From the NCBI GenBank assembly GCA_943846725.1, contig OX044353.1, forward strand, positions 1,280,888-1,344,887: 64,000 nt of DNA, written 5' to 3'. This DNA comes from an uncultured Gammaproteobacteria bacterium (GTDB taxonomy: Bacteria > Pseudomonadota > Gammaproteobacteria > Nitrosococcales > Methylophagaceae). Below the pieces are notes generated by a model. The model was not told the origin of the DNA. It saw only the letters and a program-made list of their open reading frames with translations, and ran no database searches. Of the stretch, positions 37,782 through 48,114 are shown piece after piece. How positions within the stretch are numbered: position 1 is the stretch's first letter; every line of letters begins with the position of its first letter. Both the position numbers and the translations under genes were made by a program.

Positions 37782-38627
37782 CTATCCGTAACGGCCGGTA
37801 ATATAATCTTCTGTTTGTTTCTTGGTAGGGTTGGTAAATAGCTCATCAGTTGCACCAAACTCTATCAACTCACCCATATACATAAATGCAGTATAGTCTG
37901 AGACCCGTGCTGCTTGCTGCATATTATGTGTCACAATCACAATGGTATATTTTTCCTTGAGTTCATAAATCAGCTCTTCGATTTTTAATGTTGATAAGGG
38001 ATCAAGTGCCGATGCAGGCTCATCAAGCAACAGCACCTCAGGTTCAATCGCTATCGCACGCGCAATCACTAGGCGCTGCTGTTGACCGCCTGACATGCCC
38101 ATTGCTGATTCTTGCAGCCGGTCTTTGACCTCATCCCACAGTGCCGCACCTTTAAGAGATTTTTCTACCACACGATCTAGTGTTTCTCGATCATTTACAC
38201 CCTGCAATCTGAGACCATAGGCGACATTTTCATAAATTGATTTTGGAAATGGATTTGGCTTTTGGAACACCATACCGACTTGTCGACGTAAGTCAGCAAC
38301 ATTCACTGACTGTTTATTAAGATCTTGGCCATCTAACAACATTTGACCATCAATTTTCACTGTATCGATCAAATCATTCATACGATTAAAACAGCGTAAT
38401 AATGTTGACTTACCACAACCACTTGGGCCGATAAAGGCTGTGACACGGTTTTTAGCGACTGACATGTTTATGTTATGCAATGCCTGCTTGGAGCCATAAA
38501 ACAAATTAAAATCTTTTACTTCAAGACAAATCTTTTCATCTGCCAAATTTAGTTTCTGGCTTCGTTGCATTGATTCAATATCAATAGCACGTGCTTGCGT
38601 GCTTACTTGCTCTTTCACTGCTTCCAT
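37782..38627 (-). CDS. pstB: phosphate ABC transporter ATP-binding protein
   Basis: Contains Walker [10 protein letters not shown], signature LSGGQQQR and LLLDEP. I moved the start to the ATG at 38625-38627, 1 nt after the pstA stop. The longer track ORF would overlap pstA by 50 nt. Confidence 0.93.
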   Translation of the reverse strand: MEAVKEQVSTQARAIDIESMQRSQKLNLADEKICLEVKDFNLFYGSKQALHNINMSVAKNRVTAFIGPSGCGKSTLLRCFNRMNDLIDTVKIDGQMLLDGQDLNKQSVNVADLRRQVGMVFQKPNPFPKSIYENVAYGLRLQGVNDRETLDRVVEKSLKGAALWDEVKDRLQESAMGMSGGQQQRLVIARAIAIEPEVLLLDEPASALDPLSTLKIEELIYELKEKYTIVIVTHNMQQAARVSDYTAFMYMGELIEFGATDELFTNPTKKQTEDYITGRYG

Positions 38628-38628
38628 C

Positions 38629-40311
38629 CTAATTCTCACTTGCTTTAAAGTTTTCGCGTAAACGATTACGAATACCAATCGCTGCTAAATTCAGTACGAT
38701 AATAATTAACACTAATAATAAGGCGGTGGCATAAACTAACGGTCTTGCTGCTTCAACATTTGGACTTTGGAAACCAACATCATAAATATGAAAACCCAAA
38801 TGCATAAACTGGCGGTCAAGATGTAAATACGGTGCAATAGTATCGACAGCCAAAGCCGGCGCAAGTTTTACAACACCCACCATCATCAATGGCGCAACCT
38901 CACCTGCTGCACGGGCTACAGCCAGAATTAACCCCGTCATCATTGCCGGAGCCGCCATAGGTAATACTGTCCGCCACAACGTTTCTGCTTTTGTCGCACC
39001 TAATGCCAGGCTACCTTCACGGATATTACGCGGAATACGCGACAAGCCTTCTTCAGTTGCCACAATAACCACAGGCACTGTTAAAATCGCCAGCGTTAAT
39101 GATGCCCACATCAAACCTGGCGTACCAAATGTGGGTGCCGGTAAACTGGCTTGGAAGAATAGTTCATCAATATTCCCACCGAGGAAATAAACAAAGAACC
39201 CTAAACCAAATACACCATAAACAATTGATGGAACACCCGCTAGGTTATTAACCGCGATACGTATCAAACGAATCATCGGTCCTTGTGTCGCATATTCCTT
39301 CAAATAAACTGCTGCCACAACACCAAACGGAGTCACTAATATCGCCATAATCATGACCATCATAACCGTGCCGAATATCGCTGGGAAAATCCCTCCTTCA
39401 GTATTTGCTTCACGCGGATCACCCGACACAAACTTCCACACTTCATGACCATAATGAGCAAGCTTTTCACCCACTGACATTTTGTTAGGCTGAAAAGCAT
39501 CCACGATTTTCGCTAACGGTATTTCAACATCCCGCCCATCTGACATCGTTACAACAATTTGATCTCTGGCTAACTCTGAATATAAATCTGCCAGTTGTCC
39601 TTGCAACTCTTTATAACGAACATCCCATTGACGCTTTTCTAGTTCGATTTCTTGATAAGGTGACGAACCTTCGACAACGCCATCTAATTCCAAACGACGA
39701 GTCTCAAGTCTTAATTCCTCAAGGGCATGATTAATTTCACCAATTTCATGCTTTTCTATCGACTTTATTTCATCGACTAAAAAGTTACTACGCTTCAAAC
39801 GTTGTTGGAATTCCTGCCATGCTTGTTCGCCCGATGAAACGACTTGATGTTTCTCGCTGACATTTTTTAAATAACCATAAAAATGCCCCCATTCCCGTCG
39901 TTCAATAGCCACAACATTTTCTGGGTAGTTTGGTTCACTTATCCAAGGACCATTTATCCATTTAAAATCAAGACCGAAATAATCACGATTACCCACTTTT
40001 AATAGAAATCGTTCTCCGCTCGTTTGGCCTTCAGGTAAATCTACACCGGTATTTTTTAAACGAAGCGCTGAAACGACTTCTTTATCGACCATTTCACCAA
40101 GCAAAACAGTAGACTCTTGTCCTGGCTCTGTATAATTTATTGACACAATATCTGCTGGCCAAAAGTGGCTTAAGCCTCGTACTGCGATAAGCCCTAGCAG
40201 TCCTATCACCATGACTAGGCTAACGCTGACAGCACCGGCATTGATCCAAACCCATGGCGTACCGTTTTTGGACCAAGAAGAAAATGATTGATTAGACATC
40301 TTTTTACTCAC
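38629..40311 (-). CDS. pstA: phosphate ABC transporter permease (long form)
   Basis: 560 aa. It has an N-terminal TM helix, a large periplasmic insert and a C-terminal permease core with the EAA-like motif [18 protein letters not shown]. Confidence 0.9.
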   Translation of the reverse strand: MSKKMSNQSFSSWSKNGTPWVWINAGAVSVSLVMVIGLLGLIAVRGLSHFWPADIVSINYTEPGQESTVLLGEMVDKEVVSALRLKNTGVDLPEGQTSGERFLLKVGNRDYFGLDFKWINGPWISEPNYPENVVAIERREWGHFYGYLKNVSEKHQVVSSGEQAWQEFQQRLKRSNFLVDEIKSIEKHEIGEINHALEELRLETRRLELDGVVEGSSPYQEIELEKRQWDVRYKELQGQLADLYSELARDQIVVTMSDGRDVEIPLAKIVDAFQPNKMSVGEKLAHYGHEVWKFVSGDPREANTEGGIFPAIFGTVMMVMIMAILVTPFGVVAAVYLKEYATQGPMIRLIRIAVNNLAGVPSIVYGVFGLGFFVYFLGGNIDELFFQASLPAPTFGTPGLMWASLTLAILTVPVVIVATEEGLSRIPRNIREGSLALGATKAETLWRTVLPMAAPAMMTGLILAVARAAGEVAPLMMVGVVKLAPALAVDTIAPYLHLDRQFMHLGFHIYDVGFQSPNVEAARPLVYATALLLVLIIIVLNLAAIGIRNRLRENFKASEN

Positions 40312-42585
40312 CTACAAACTGCTGTATTTAACACGTAGTCGCTGGCGTACAACTTCAGCAACTGTGTTAAAAATGAATGTCGCCATGAATAAAACCAAAG
40401 CAGCTAAAAACAGGACTCGATAATGCGAACTGGCCACTTCTGCTTCCGGCATTTCCACCGCAATATTGGCGGATAGGGCTCTAAAGCCTTCAAAAATATT
40501 GAAGTCCATTATCGGTGTATTACCCGTTGCCATTAACACAATCATTGTTTCACCAACCGCACGACCCAAACCAATCATCACCGCTGAGAAAATACCCGGA
40601 CTCGCCGTCAATAAAACAACCCGAGTTAGTGTTTGCCAAGGCGTTGCCCCTAGTGCTAGTGAACCGATTGTTAAATGTTTCGGCACGCCAAATATGGCAT
40701 CTTCAGTAATTGAAAAAATAGTCGGAATAACGGCAAAACCCATCACCAGCCCGACTACCAATGAATTACGCTGATCAAAACCGATTCCTACCTCATCCAA
40801 CCAACGCGGCATATCACCATTAAACAACCATAATTCAAGTGTCGGACTCGCCAACATAGACACCACGCCCACCAGGATGACAATCGGTATCAATATTGCT
40901 GCTTCCCAACCATCAGGTATTCGCTCTCTAATAACCGCTGGTAATTTAGTCCATAGCCATGCAGTTAATATGGTCATAATGGGCAATAACACCAATATCG
41001 AAAAGACGCCTGGCAAATTGCCTTCGACAATCGGGGCTAACCATAACCCCGCTAAGAAACCAAGAATAACCGTTGGCAATGCCTCCATAATTTCTATGGT
41101 TGGCTTCACTAAAGTTCGCATTTTTGGCGACATAAAATAAGCCGTGAAAATCGCACCCATGATTGCCAAAGGAACAGCCACCATCATGGCGTAAAATGCC
41201 GCTTTAATCGTACCAAAGGTCAACGGGCTCAAGCTAAGTTTAGGCTCAAAGTCATTACTAGCCGAAGACGATTGCCATATATACTCTGGCTTATCACGGC
41301 TTTCATACCAGACCTCTTGCCATAATGAGTGCCATGACACTTCAGGATGTTCATTATCTATAACTAACAGCTTCGCCTTGCCATCAATCGCTAAACTTAA
41401 TAGGCCATTCGCTCTGGGCGATAAAGCCATTTTCACATTCGCATGATCACTTAGCGGCTCAACTAATAAAGTACGGTGTGCTGTCGTGTGATAAATACCA
41501 AAATCGCCTGTTTGATCTAAGGCAATAAAACCTTTACGCGCATATTCTGGTTCGATTTGTATGATGGCTGCACTTTGCTCCTTAAAACTTCGGACATTAT
41601 GCAAAATAGTGTTGTTATCTTCACCTCTAACCGGGAACCATTGATCAATTTGACCATCGCTTCGCCCAACAAGGATAGAGATACCCCCTGTTAAAAACTC
41701 CAGCGTCGTAATATCAACGCCATGAGGTACCGCTTTTATTTGTTGTATTAATCGAGCTTGTTCAATATTTTGGATATCGTAGTAAGCGATAAAACCTTTT
41801 CGGTTGACGATATAAAGCTCACGCTGGTCAATATCCATTTCCATATGTGTGATCTCACCGAACTCACTTAAATCAATTTCGCCAATTTGCGTGGTTAAAG
41901 TGAATGCATCTTCGTCAAGAAAATCTTGCTCTCTGATAGTACTTTGCAGTACTAAACTATTGTTTTCTGTTAATGCAGCAAAGCTAGACTGTTCATCATT
42001 GCTTTGAACAGAAAGTAAACTAACCCTCCTTCCTTTTGGATCAACCTGAATTGATTCTTGTCCCAATGGATAACTAATAAATGGGGTGATTTTGCGCTTA
42101 TCATCTGGGTAACTAATTTTATATTCACGCTTGAACAATAAAACCTGTCCATTATCAAAGCCATAGCTAAGGATACCTGTTGTGGCGTCACCACTACTAA
42201 AACTAGTGATTGCACTCCCTTCTGGCAAAGACAATTGAGGTGTCAATATCTCTTTACCGGTATCAGCAGCAAAGAAAGTAACCTGACCTGACATGTCGAC
42301 ACTTAAGGCAACATCATTATATTCATTTAAGGCTAAGTAACTCGCCGAATTAGCGCTATATTGATATTCCGATTTCGTGTCTACCTCTGCCCCATAAAAT
42401 AAGGGTAAGACAACATAAAGTAGGTAGAAAAAGATCAATACAATGGCAAAAATGACAGAAACGCCACCCATTGCAACACCATATCTGGCAACACGATCTT
42501 TAAATTCGCGCCAAGCCCGGCGTCTTTTTGCGACGGGCGATCCTGTTGGTGGTAACACACTGCCTATTGAAGAATTCTCAACCAT
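40312..42585 (-). CDS. pstC: phosphate ABC transporter permease (long form)
   Basis: 757 aa. It has an N-terminal TM helix, a periplasmic domain of about 400 aa and a C-terminal permease core ([18 protein letters not shown]). This long-form PstC is as seen in pseudomonads. Confidence 0.9.
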   Translation of the reverse strand: MVENSSIGSVLPPTGSPVAKRRRAWREFKDRVARYGVAMGGVSVIFAIVLIFFYLLYVVLPLFYGAEVDTKSEYQYSANSASYLALNEYNDVALSVDMSGQVTFFAADTGKEILTPQLSLPEGSAITSFSSGDATTGILSYGFDNGQVLLFKREYKISYPDDKRKITPFISYPLGQESIQVDPKGRRVSLLSVQSNDEQSSFAALTENNSLVLQSTIREQDFLDEDAFTLTTQIGEIDLSEFGEITHMEMDIDQRELYIVNRKGFIAYYDIQNIEQARLIQQIKAVPHGVDITTLEFLTGGISILVGRSDGQIDQWFPVRGEDNNTILHNVRSFKEQSAAIIQIEPEYARKGFIALDQTGDFGIYHTTAHRTLLVEPLSDHANVKMALSPRANGLLSLAIDGKAKLLVIDNEHPEVSWHSLWQEVWYESRDKPEYIWQSSSASNDFEPKLSLSPLTFGTIKAAFYAMMVAVPLAIMGAIFTAYFMSPKMRTLVKPTIEIMEALPTVILGFLAGLWLAPIVEGNLPGVFSILVLLPIMTILTAWLWTKLPAVIRERIPDGWEAAILIPIVILVGVVSMLASPTLELWLFNGDMPRWLDEVGIGFDQRNSLVVGLVMGFAVIPTIFSITEDAIFGVPKHLTIGSLALGATPWQTLTRVVLLTASPGIFSAVMIGLGRAVGETMIVLMATGNTPIMDFNIFEGFRALSANIAVEMPEAEVASSHYRVLFLAALVLFMATFIFNTVAEVVRQRLRVKYSSL

Positions 42586-42690
42586 AATGGCTTTGATCTC
42601 ACTTTAATTAAAGTTAGTCCTGTATTAAAAGGACCACTTGTACATAATTTTAAGAATAGCTCTAATTTGGAGCGTCCAATTATATTCCAG

Positions 42691-42724
42691 AATAAAACGC
42701 CCCGTACACTTTGTACGAGGCGTT
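42691..42724 (-). terminator. intra-operon terminator/attenuator between pstS and pstC
   Basis: The minus-strand RNA reads ACGCCUCGUAC-aaagu-GUACGGGGCGU (11 bp with one mismatch/wobble) followed by UUUUAUU, about 25 nt after the pstS stop. Confidence 0.6.
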
Positions 42725-42747
42725 ATTAATTTTAATGCTAAAATTGG

Positions 42748-43701
42748 TTATTTAAGTTTAGCCAGTTCTTTTTCGACAACTTCCACGGGCAATGGAACAT
42801 AACCATCTTTCATTACAACTTTTTGACCTACTTTTGATAAAACCATTTTAAAGAATTCACGATCAATTGGCGTTAATGGTTTATTAGGCGCTTTGTTCAC
42901 ATAGACATATAGGTAACGAGATAGTGGATAAGTACCATTTGCTGCATTTGCTTTAGTAGCTGCAATAAAAGGTGTACCTTCTTTTTTCGTTAAAGCAACT
43001 GCTTTAACGCCAGATGTTTTATAACCGATACCTGAGTAACCAATACCATTTAGCGATTTAGTGACACCTTGCACGACTGAAGCAGAACCAGGCTGCTCAT
43101 TTACACTATTTTTAAAGTCACCTTTACATAATGCTTTTTTCTTAAAGTAACCATACGTACCTGAAACTGAGTTACGGCCGTAAAGCTGAATATTGCCCAA
43201 GTTGCTGCCTAATTGACTCCAACTTGTAATATCTTCAGCAGCACCACATTTGCGTGTTGCAGAGAAAACCGCATCGACTTGAGGAATTGTCATACCTTCA
43301 ATTGGGTTATCTTTATGTACATATACCGCTAAGGCATCAATTGCCACACGGATAGGTGTCGCTTTATAACCATATTTCGCTTCAAAAGCCGCTGTTTCTT
43401 TATCTTTCATCTTACGACTCATAGGGCCGAAATTTGCAGTACCCTCTGTTAATGCAGGTGGCGCAGTTGAAGAGCCCGCAGCTTGGATTTGAATATTTAC
43501 ATTTGGGTATTCACGCTTGAATTCTTCAGCCCAAAGTGTCATCAAGTTAGCTAATGTGTCTGAGCCAACACTGGACAGGTTGCCTGAAACACCGCTTGAT
43601 TTTTGATAGTCTGGTAATGCCGGATCAACATCGGCGATGGCTGCTGCAGAAAATGCTAATGATGCTGCCGCACCTAAAATAGTCAATTTTTTCATGAACA
43701 T
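42748..43701 (-). CDS. pstS: periplasmic phosphate-binding protein
   Basis: 317 aa with a signal peptide and the segments [25 protein letters not shown] and FGPMSR typical of PstS-family PBPs. Confidence 0.92.
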   Translation of the reverse strand: MFMKKLTILGAAASLAFSAAAIADVDPALPDYQKSSGVSGNLSSVGSDTLANLMTLWAEEFKREYPNVNIQIQAAGSSTAPPALTEGTANFGPMSRKMKDKETAAFEAKYGYKATPIRVAIDALAVYVHKDNPIEGMTIPQVDAVFSATRKCGAAEDITSWSQLGSNLGNIQLYGRNSVSGTYGYFKKKALCKGDFKNSVNEQPGSASVVQGVTKSLNGIGYSGIGYKTSGVKAVALTKKEGTPFIAATKANAANGTYPLSRYLYVYVNKAPNKPLTPIDREFFKMVLSKVGQKVVMKDGYVPLPVEVVEKELAKLK

Positions 43702-43769
43702 TTGTGTTCAACTCCCAAGTTAAAAAATATAAGTTGTAAACTTGTTACCCTTGCAGTATCCGACTTAAC

Positions 43770-43809
43770 TGTGACAATGATATGAAAACAATATGACAGT
43801 TATATGACA
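43770..43809 (-). promoter_or_regulatory. two tandem Pho boxes (four 7-bp repeats phased at 11 bp) upstream of pstS
   Basis: The minus strand reads TGTCATA-taac-TGTCATA-ttgt-TTTCATA-tcat-TGTCACA. A GATACT -10-like hexamer follows about 9 nt downstream. The boxes lie about 70-108 nt upstream of the pstS ATG. Confidence 0.75.
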
Positions 43810-43835
43810 AACACCTCTATTTGGGATGTATATTT

Positions 43836-45128
43836 CTAAAGGTTTGGTTTTTCAACCATTTTTGATTTTGGGAAATAACAAGAAAATCGTGTGCCTTTAC
43901 CTAGTTCACTCGATATCTTTAATTCTGCATCATGTCGCTGCAAAACATGTTTTACAATGGCAAGACCTAAGCCCGTCCCTCCGACATCTTGTGAACGTCC
44001 ACTATCAACACGATAAAAGCGTTCTGTTAATCGTTCTAGATGATATTCAGCAATACCATCTCCTTTATCGCTTACTTCAATTAACGCCTTCTCTTGCTCA
44101 ATAGCCCAACGAATCACAATTTCGCATTTCGCAGGAGTATATTTGACAGCATTAAAAACCAAGTTGGATATAGCGCTGCGTATTTCTTCTGCATCGACTA
44201 ATAACCATTTCTCGGTTTCTAGTTTCAATTGAATGTCATGCTCATGATATTGTTTAAGTTGTTTAGCATCTTGAATAACATCTTCAAGTAGCTTTGCAAT
44301 ATCAGTCGATGAATTTTGAAGCTCCTTCTCACCTGTTTCCAAGCGTGACAGAGATAATAGCTCCTGCAACATCTCACTCATTCTTTCTGCCTGCTGCTTC
44401 ATTGCAGGTAATGCAGCTTGCCATTGCTCTTGAGTACTATCATCAGCATTGAACATTTCTAAATAGCCACGCAAAACCGTCAGCGGGGTTCTCAACTCAT
44501 GAGATACATTAGCTACAAAATCTCGGCGCATCTTTTGTAGTTTGACTATTTGAGTCATATCTCTAGCTACCAACATCCTACCGCTACCCATATATTTAAC
44601 GATTTTGATTTCTAGCTGTATTGCTGGATTAACTGGAGAATTGACCATAACGGTTCTTCCAAACTCATCATGGCCCGCCAAAAGCTGTTGAAAATCTGGG
44701 TCTCGAATTAAGTTGTTAACTCGGACATTGCTATCTTTAGGCCAACGGACACCCATTAGAATTTTGGCCGAATCATTTGCCCAGTCAACCTCACCATAAT
44801 CACCCAGTACCACGATGCCATCAGGCAATGCAGATGTTGCGGATTGAAAACGTTTAAGATAACCACCCAGCTTTTTCTTACGAGAGGTATTCTGCAAGCG
44901 GACTCTTTCCACTTCACGGCAGACATCATCAATCACACCCACAGCATTTGGACTCTGATTCTTCTTAGGTCTTTGCATCCATTTTAATAACTGGAACCAG
45001 TTTCGTTGCAGCCATAAAGCATAGAAAAATGATGCCAGAAATAAGAACGTCACCATCTGATCAAACAAAAGTCCGACAAAGCCAGACAAACTAAGGATGG
45101 CGAGAAAACGCCAGTAATCCCAAGCCAT
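43836..45128 (-). CDS. phoR: phosphate regulon sensor histidine kinase
   Basis: 430 aa. It has two N-terminal TM helices, a PAS-like segment, the H-box HELRTPLT, and the N/G boxes NAVKYT and GGTGLGLAIV. Confidence 0.92.
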   Translation of the reverse strand: MAWDYWRFLAILSLSGFVGLLFDQMVTFLFLASFFYALWLQRNWFQLLKWMQRPKKNQSPNAVGVIDDVCREVERVRLQNTSRKKKLGGYLKRFQSATSALPDGIVVLGDYGEVDWANDSAKILMGVRWPKDSNVRVNNLIRDPDFQQLLAGHDEFGRTVMVNSPVNPAIQLEIKIVKYMGSGRMLVARDMTQIVKLQKMRRDFVANVSHELRTPLTVLRGYLEMFNADDSTQEQWQAALPAMKQQAERMSEMLQELLSLSRLETGEKELQNSSTDIAKLLEDVIQDAKQLKQYHEHDIQLKLETEKWLLVDAEEIRSAISNLVFNAVKYTPAKCEIVIRWAIEQEKALIEVSDKGDGIAEYHLERLTERFYRVDSGRSQDVGGTGLGLAIVKHVLQRHDAELKISSELGKGTRFSCYFPKSKMVEKPNL

Positions 45129-45135
45129 TAATTAA

Positions 45136-45828
45136 TCACTCACCTGCAAATCGATACCCTACACCACGTACCGTTTCAATAAGGTGGTCATTTTTAGATG
45201 ATTCAAGCGCCTTACGCAAACGACGGATATGGACATCTACTGTTCGCTCCTCAATATAGACGGTATCGCCCCAGACATGATCAAGCAATTGGCCACGGCT
45301 ATAGGCTCTTTCAGGATTCTTCATGAAGAAGTGCAACAGTCTAAACTCGGTAGGGCCAAGATCCACTCTGTCACCGCCAATGGATAGACGATGACTTTTC
45401 ATATCTAACATGACTGTTCCATGTTTTAAACTTTCTTGAGCATCTGTATCTGGTAATGAACAGCGACGAAGTACAGCTTTAATTCTAGCAACCAACTCCG
45501 ATGGTGAAAACGGTTTATTAACATAGTCATCAGCACCAACACTCAGCCCCTTCACCAAGTCCTCACTCTCTCCTTTAGCTGTCAACATAATCACAGGAAT
45601 ATCGGCCATATAGTCATTGGAGCGTAGACGGCGAATAAATTCTATACCGTCAATACCAGGGAGCATCCAATCTAAAAGAATAATGTGGGGTCTTTGCAAC
45701 TTTACCGCTTCAAGCCCACGTTCCCCATCCCCGACTGCTTCGCAGATATAACCGGCATGCCGAAGAGAAAAGCACAGCATATCTCTAATTGCTGCATCAT
45801 CCTCTACTACTAAAATATTCGTTGCCAT
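45136..45828 (-). CDS. phoB: phosphate regulon response regulator
   Basis: 230 aa. It has a receiver domain (ILVVEDD, LLDWMLPG, LTAK) and an OmpR-type winged helix (VDVHIRRLRKAL...RGVGYRF). Confidence 0.93.
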   Translation of the reverse strand: MATNILVVEDDAAIRDMLCFSLRHAGYICEAVGDGERGLEAVKLQRPHIILLDWMLPGIDGIEFIRRLRSNDYMADIPVIMLTAKGESEDLVKGLSVGADDYVNKPFSPSELVARIKAVLRRCSLPDTDAQESLKHGTVMLDMKSHRLSIGGDRVDLGPTEFRLLHFFMKNPERAYSRGQLLDHVWGDTVYIEERTVDVHIRRLRKALESSKNDHLIETVRGVGYRFAGE

Positions 45829-45950
45829 ACTGTAACCTTAAACTTTTGCACTACAAGAAACCACTATCATATCTGACAAATATGACAATTTTATAACACT
45901 CTTTTTGAGGTTTAAGGACAGTTTCTTAAGCCCTGTATTTTAATCGTGAT

Positions 45951-48065
45951 CTACAATGAGGCTTGGATGCAACGAATAACACCATAATCATACTCACCCT
46001 CAAAAGCATCATAGACCGGTTTCAAACGGCCCTGCTCTTCTGTATCAAATGATTCAATCATAGCAACAATACTTTTATATTCAGCTTCTTTCAGACTAAT
46101 TACGTCCATCGCTGTAATTAAACCGACTTCGATTGCGCCAGCCAAATGGTTATAAACAGTACTTAAACTAAGCTCTCGTTGTTTGGCGATCTCACTTGGA
46201 CTTGAACCTTGTTGAAGCAACATAAGCGTCTCATTAATTGTTGCCGATAAATTATTCTGTAATAGTGCCGCTAAGGGATAACGCTTCACCTCTTCTAAAA
46301 AAAACTTTCCGTAGCGCTGCAGTTTTTGTTGACCAACTCCCGATATTTTACTCATATCAGCCATGGTGGAAGGTCTTTGTCTCACTATTTCTAGTAAGGT
46401 TGCATCATGGAAAATAACATACGGCGGTACACCATACTCTTGTGCCAAATCCAAGCGCTGTGCTTTTAGCGCTTCCCATAAAGGAATGTCTTGCGGTTTC
46501 ACATCCCCTTTTTGGGCCTTTTTCTTAACTGTAGATTCTTGTTTTGCGGGTTTCCTTAGCATCAAGTTTTGTGTGCCACTTAATAAAGGACGACTTTTCT
46601 CTGTCAGAATTAATGCACCAAATTTTTCTACATCAGAATCTATATAGCCCAAGGTAAGCAGTTGCCTAAACACACTATGCCACTCGTGATTCGACAAGGC
46701 CTTGCCAATACCAAACGTGCTCAAAGTATGATGGCCGTATTGAATAATACGATCATCTTCTTTACCCAATAAAGTATTAATTAGGTAATTCACGCCAAAG
46801 CGTTGCCCTGTCCTAAAAACACACGATAACGCTTTTTGAGCTGACTCCGTCGCATCCCATTGCTCTGGTGGACTGATACAGTTATCACATCGACCACACT
46901 GTTGCTCGGTTTGCTCATCAAAGTATGCTAATAAGCTCTGTCTACGGCAAGTGATTAATTCACATAAACCCAACATTGATTCGAGCTTTTGATGTTCTAT
47001 TTGCTTATATCGTTCCTCAGCATTCGAATCACGCATAAACTGCCGCAAAGTCAGCACATCTTGCAACCCATAAACCATCCAGGCATTGGCAATTTGTCCG
47101 TCCCTTCCTGCTCGACCCGTTTCCTGATAATAGGCCTCAACGCTTTTAGGCAGGCTCAAATGAGCAACAAAACGGACATCGGGCTTATCTATCCCCATCC
47201 CAAAAGCAATCGTCGCAACAATAATCAATTTGTCTTCACGTAAAAAACGCTGCTGATTCTGTTGTCGTTGTGATTGCGGAAGACCCGCATGGTAAGGCAG
47301 CGCTTCTCGCCCCTGTTCAGTCAGCCATTGGGCTATTGCTTCTACTTTTTTACGTGATAGGCAATAAACAATACCTGCATCTTCAGCATGATTTTCTTGT
47401 AAAAATCGCCACAGTTGTTGCTTTGCATTATTACTTTGAGAAATTGCATAATGAATATTTGGACGATCAAAGCTATTGATAAACAATCGCGCGTCCGCCA
47501 AGTCTAATTGTTTGATTATTTCTTGCTGTGTACGTTTATCTGCTGTTGCAGTTAATGCCACTCTAGGTATATCCGGGTAACGCTGATGTAGTATTTTTAA
47601 TTGCTGGTAAACAGGACGAAAGTCATGTCCCCACTGCGAAACACAATGAGCTTCATCAACAGCAAATAAAGCCAAACGGCACTGCGAAAGCAACCCTAAC
47701 ATTGAATCTGTGATTAATCGTTCTGGCGCTATATAGATAATATCTAATGTAGCTGACAGCATCTGCTGTTTTACCTGCTCGGTTTCTAGCTCAGTCTGAC
47801 TTGAGTTGATAAAGGCGGCTTTCACGCCCAACTGTTTTAATGAGTCAACCTGATCCTGCATTAAGGCAATCAATGGAGAGACAACAATAGTAATGCCTTC
47901 CCTCATCAAAGCAGGGATTTGATAACACAGTGACTTACCGCCACCTGTAGGCATTAAAACTAAGGCATCACGACCATCTAATAGCGTTTGAATGACATCT
48001 TGTTGCTGATGGCGAAAACCGCCATAGCCGAAAATTGATTTAAGAATGTGCTTAGCCTGCTGCAT
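45951..48065 (-). CDS. recQ: ATP-dependent DNA helicase RecQ with an extra C-terminal HTH-like domain
   Basis: 704 aa. It has [26 protein letters not shown], a zinc-finger CRRQ...CGRCDNC and an HRDC region. About 100 further residues follow, including [20 protein letters not shown]. Confidence 0.92.
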   Translation of the reverse strand: MQQAKHILKSIFGYGGFRHQQQDVIQTLLDGRDALVLMPTGGGKSLCYQIPALMREGITIVVSPLIALMQDQVDSLKQLGVKAAFINSSQTELETEQVKQQMLSATLDIIYIAPERLITDSMLGLLSQCRLALFAVDEAHCVSQWGHDFRPVYQQLKILHQRYPDIPRVALTATADKRTQQEIIKQLDLADARLFINSFDRPNIHYAISQSNNAKQQLWRFLQENHAEDAGIVYCLSRKKVEAIAQWLTEQGREALPYHAGLPQSQRQQNQQRFLREDKLIIVATIAFGMGIDKPDVRFVAHLSLPKSVEAYYQETGRAGRDGQIANAWMVYGLQDVLTLRQFMRDSNAEERYKQIEHQKLESMLGLCELITCRRQSLLAYFDEQTEQQCGRCDNCISPPEQWDATESAQKALSCVFRTGQRFGVNYLINTLLGKEDDRIIQYGHHTLSTFGIGKALSNHEWHSVFRQLLTLGYIDSDVEKFGALILTEKSRPLLSGTQNLMLRKPAKQESTVKKKAQKGDVKPQDIPLWEALKAQRLDLAQEYGVPPYVIFHDATLLEIVRQRPSTMADMSKISGVGQQKLQRYGKFFLEEVKRYPLAALLQNNLSATINETLMLLQQGSSPSEIAKQRELSLSTVYNHLAGAIEVGLITAMDVISLKEAEYKSIVAMIESFDTEEQGRLKPVYDAFEGEYDYGVIRCIQASL

Positions 48066-48114
48066 GGCATCTTTATTTTTTCACTCGTTACTTCATTCTC
48101 ATGACGAAGCTTAA

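Noticed and set aside
37667-37858. A 63-aa minus-strand ORF bridges the phoU start and the pstB end.
   Set aside because: It overlaps both well-supported genes out of frame, and its sequence has no recognisable features.
40466-41140. Plus-strand ORFs (64-102 aa) lie antisense to pstC. Similar nested or antisense ORFs occur in pilQ (9601-11350), PBP1A (15241-16436), recQ (46363-47479), dsbD (50101-51181), purH (56471-57901), argC (58299-58877) and elsewhere.
   Set aside because: All are embedded in strongly supported genes on the opposite strand or in another frame. They lack family resemblance and are the expected by-product of six-frame translation.
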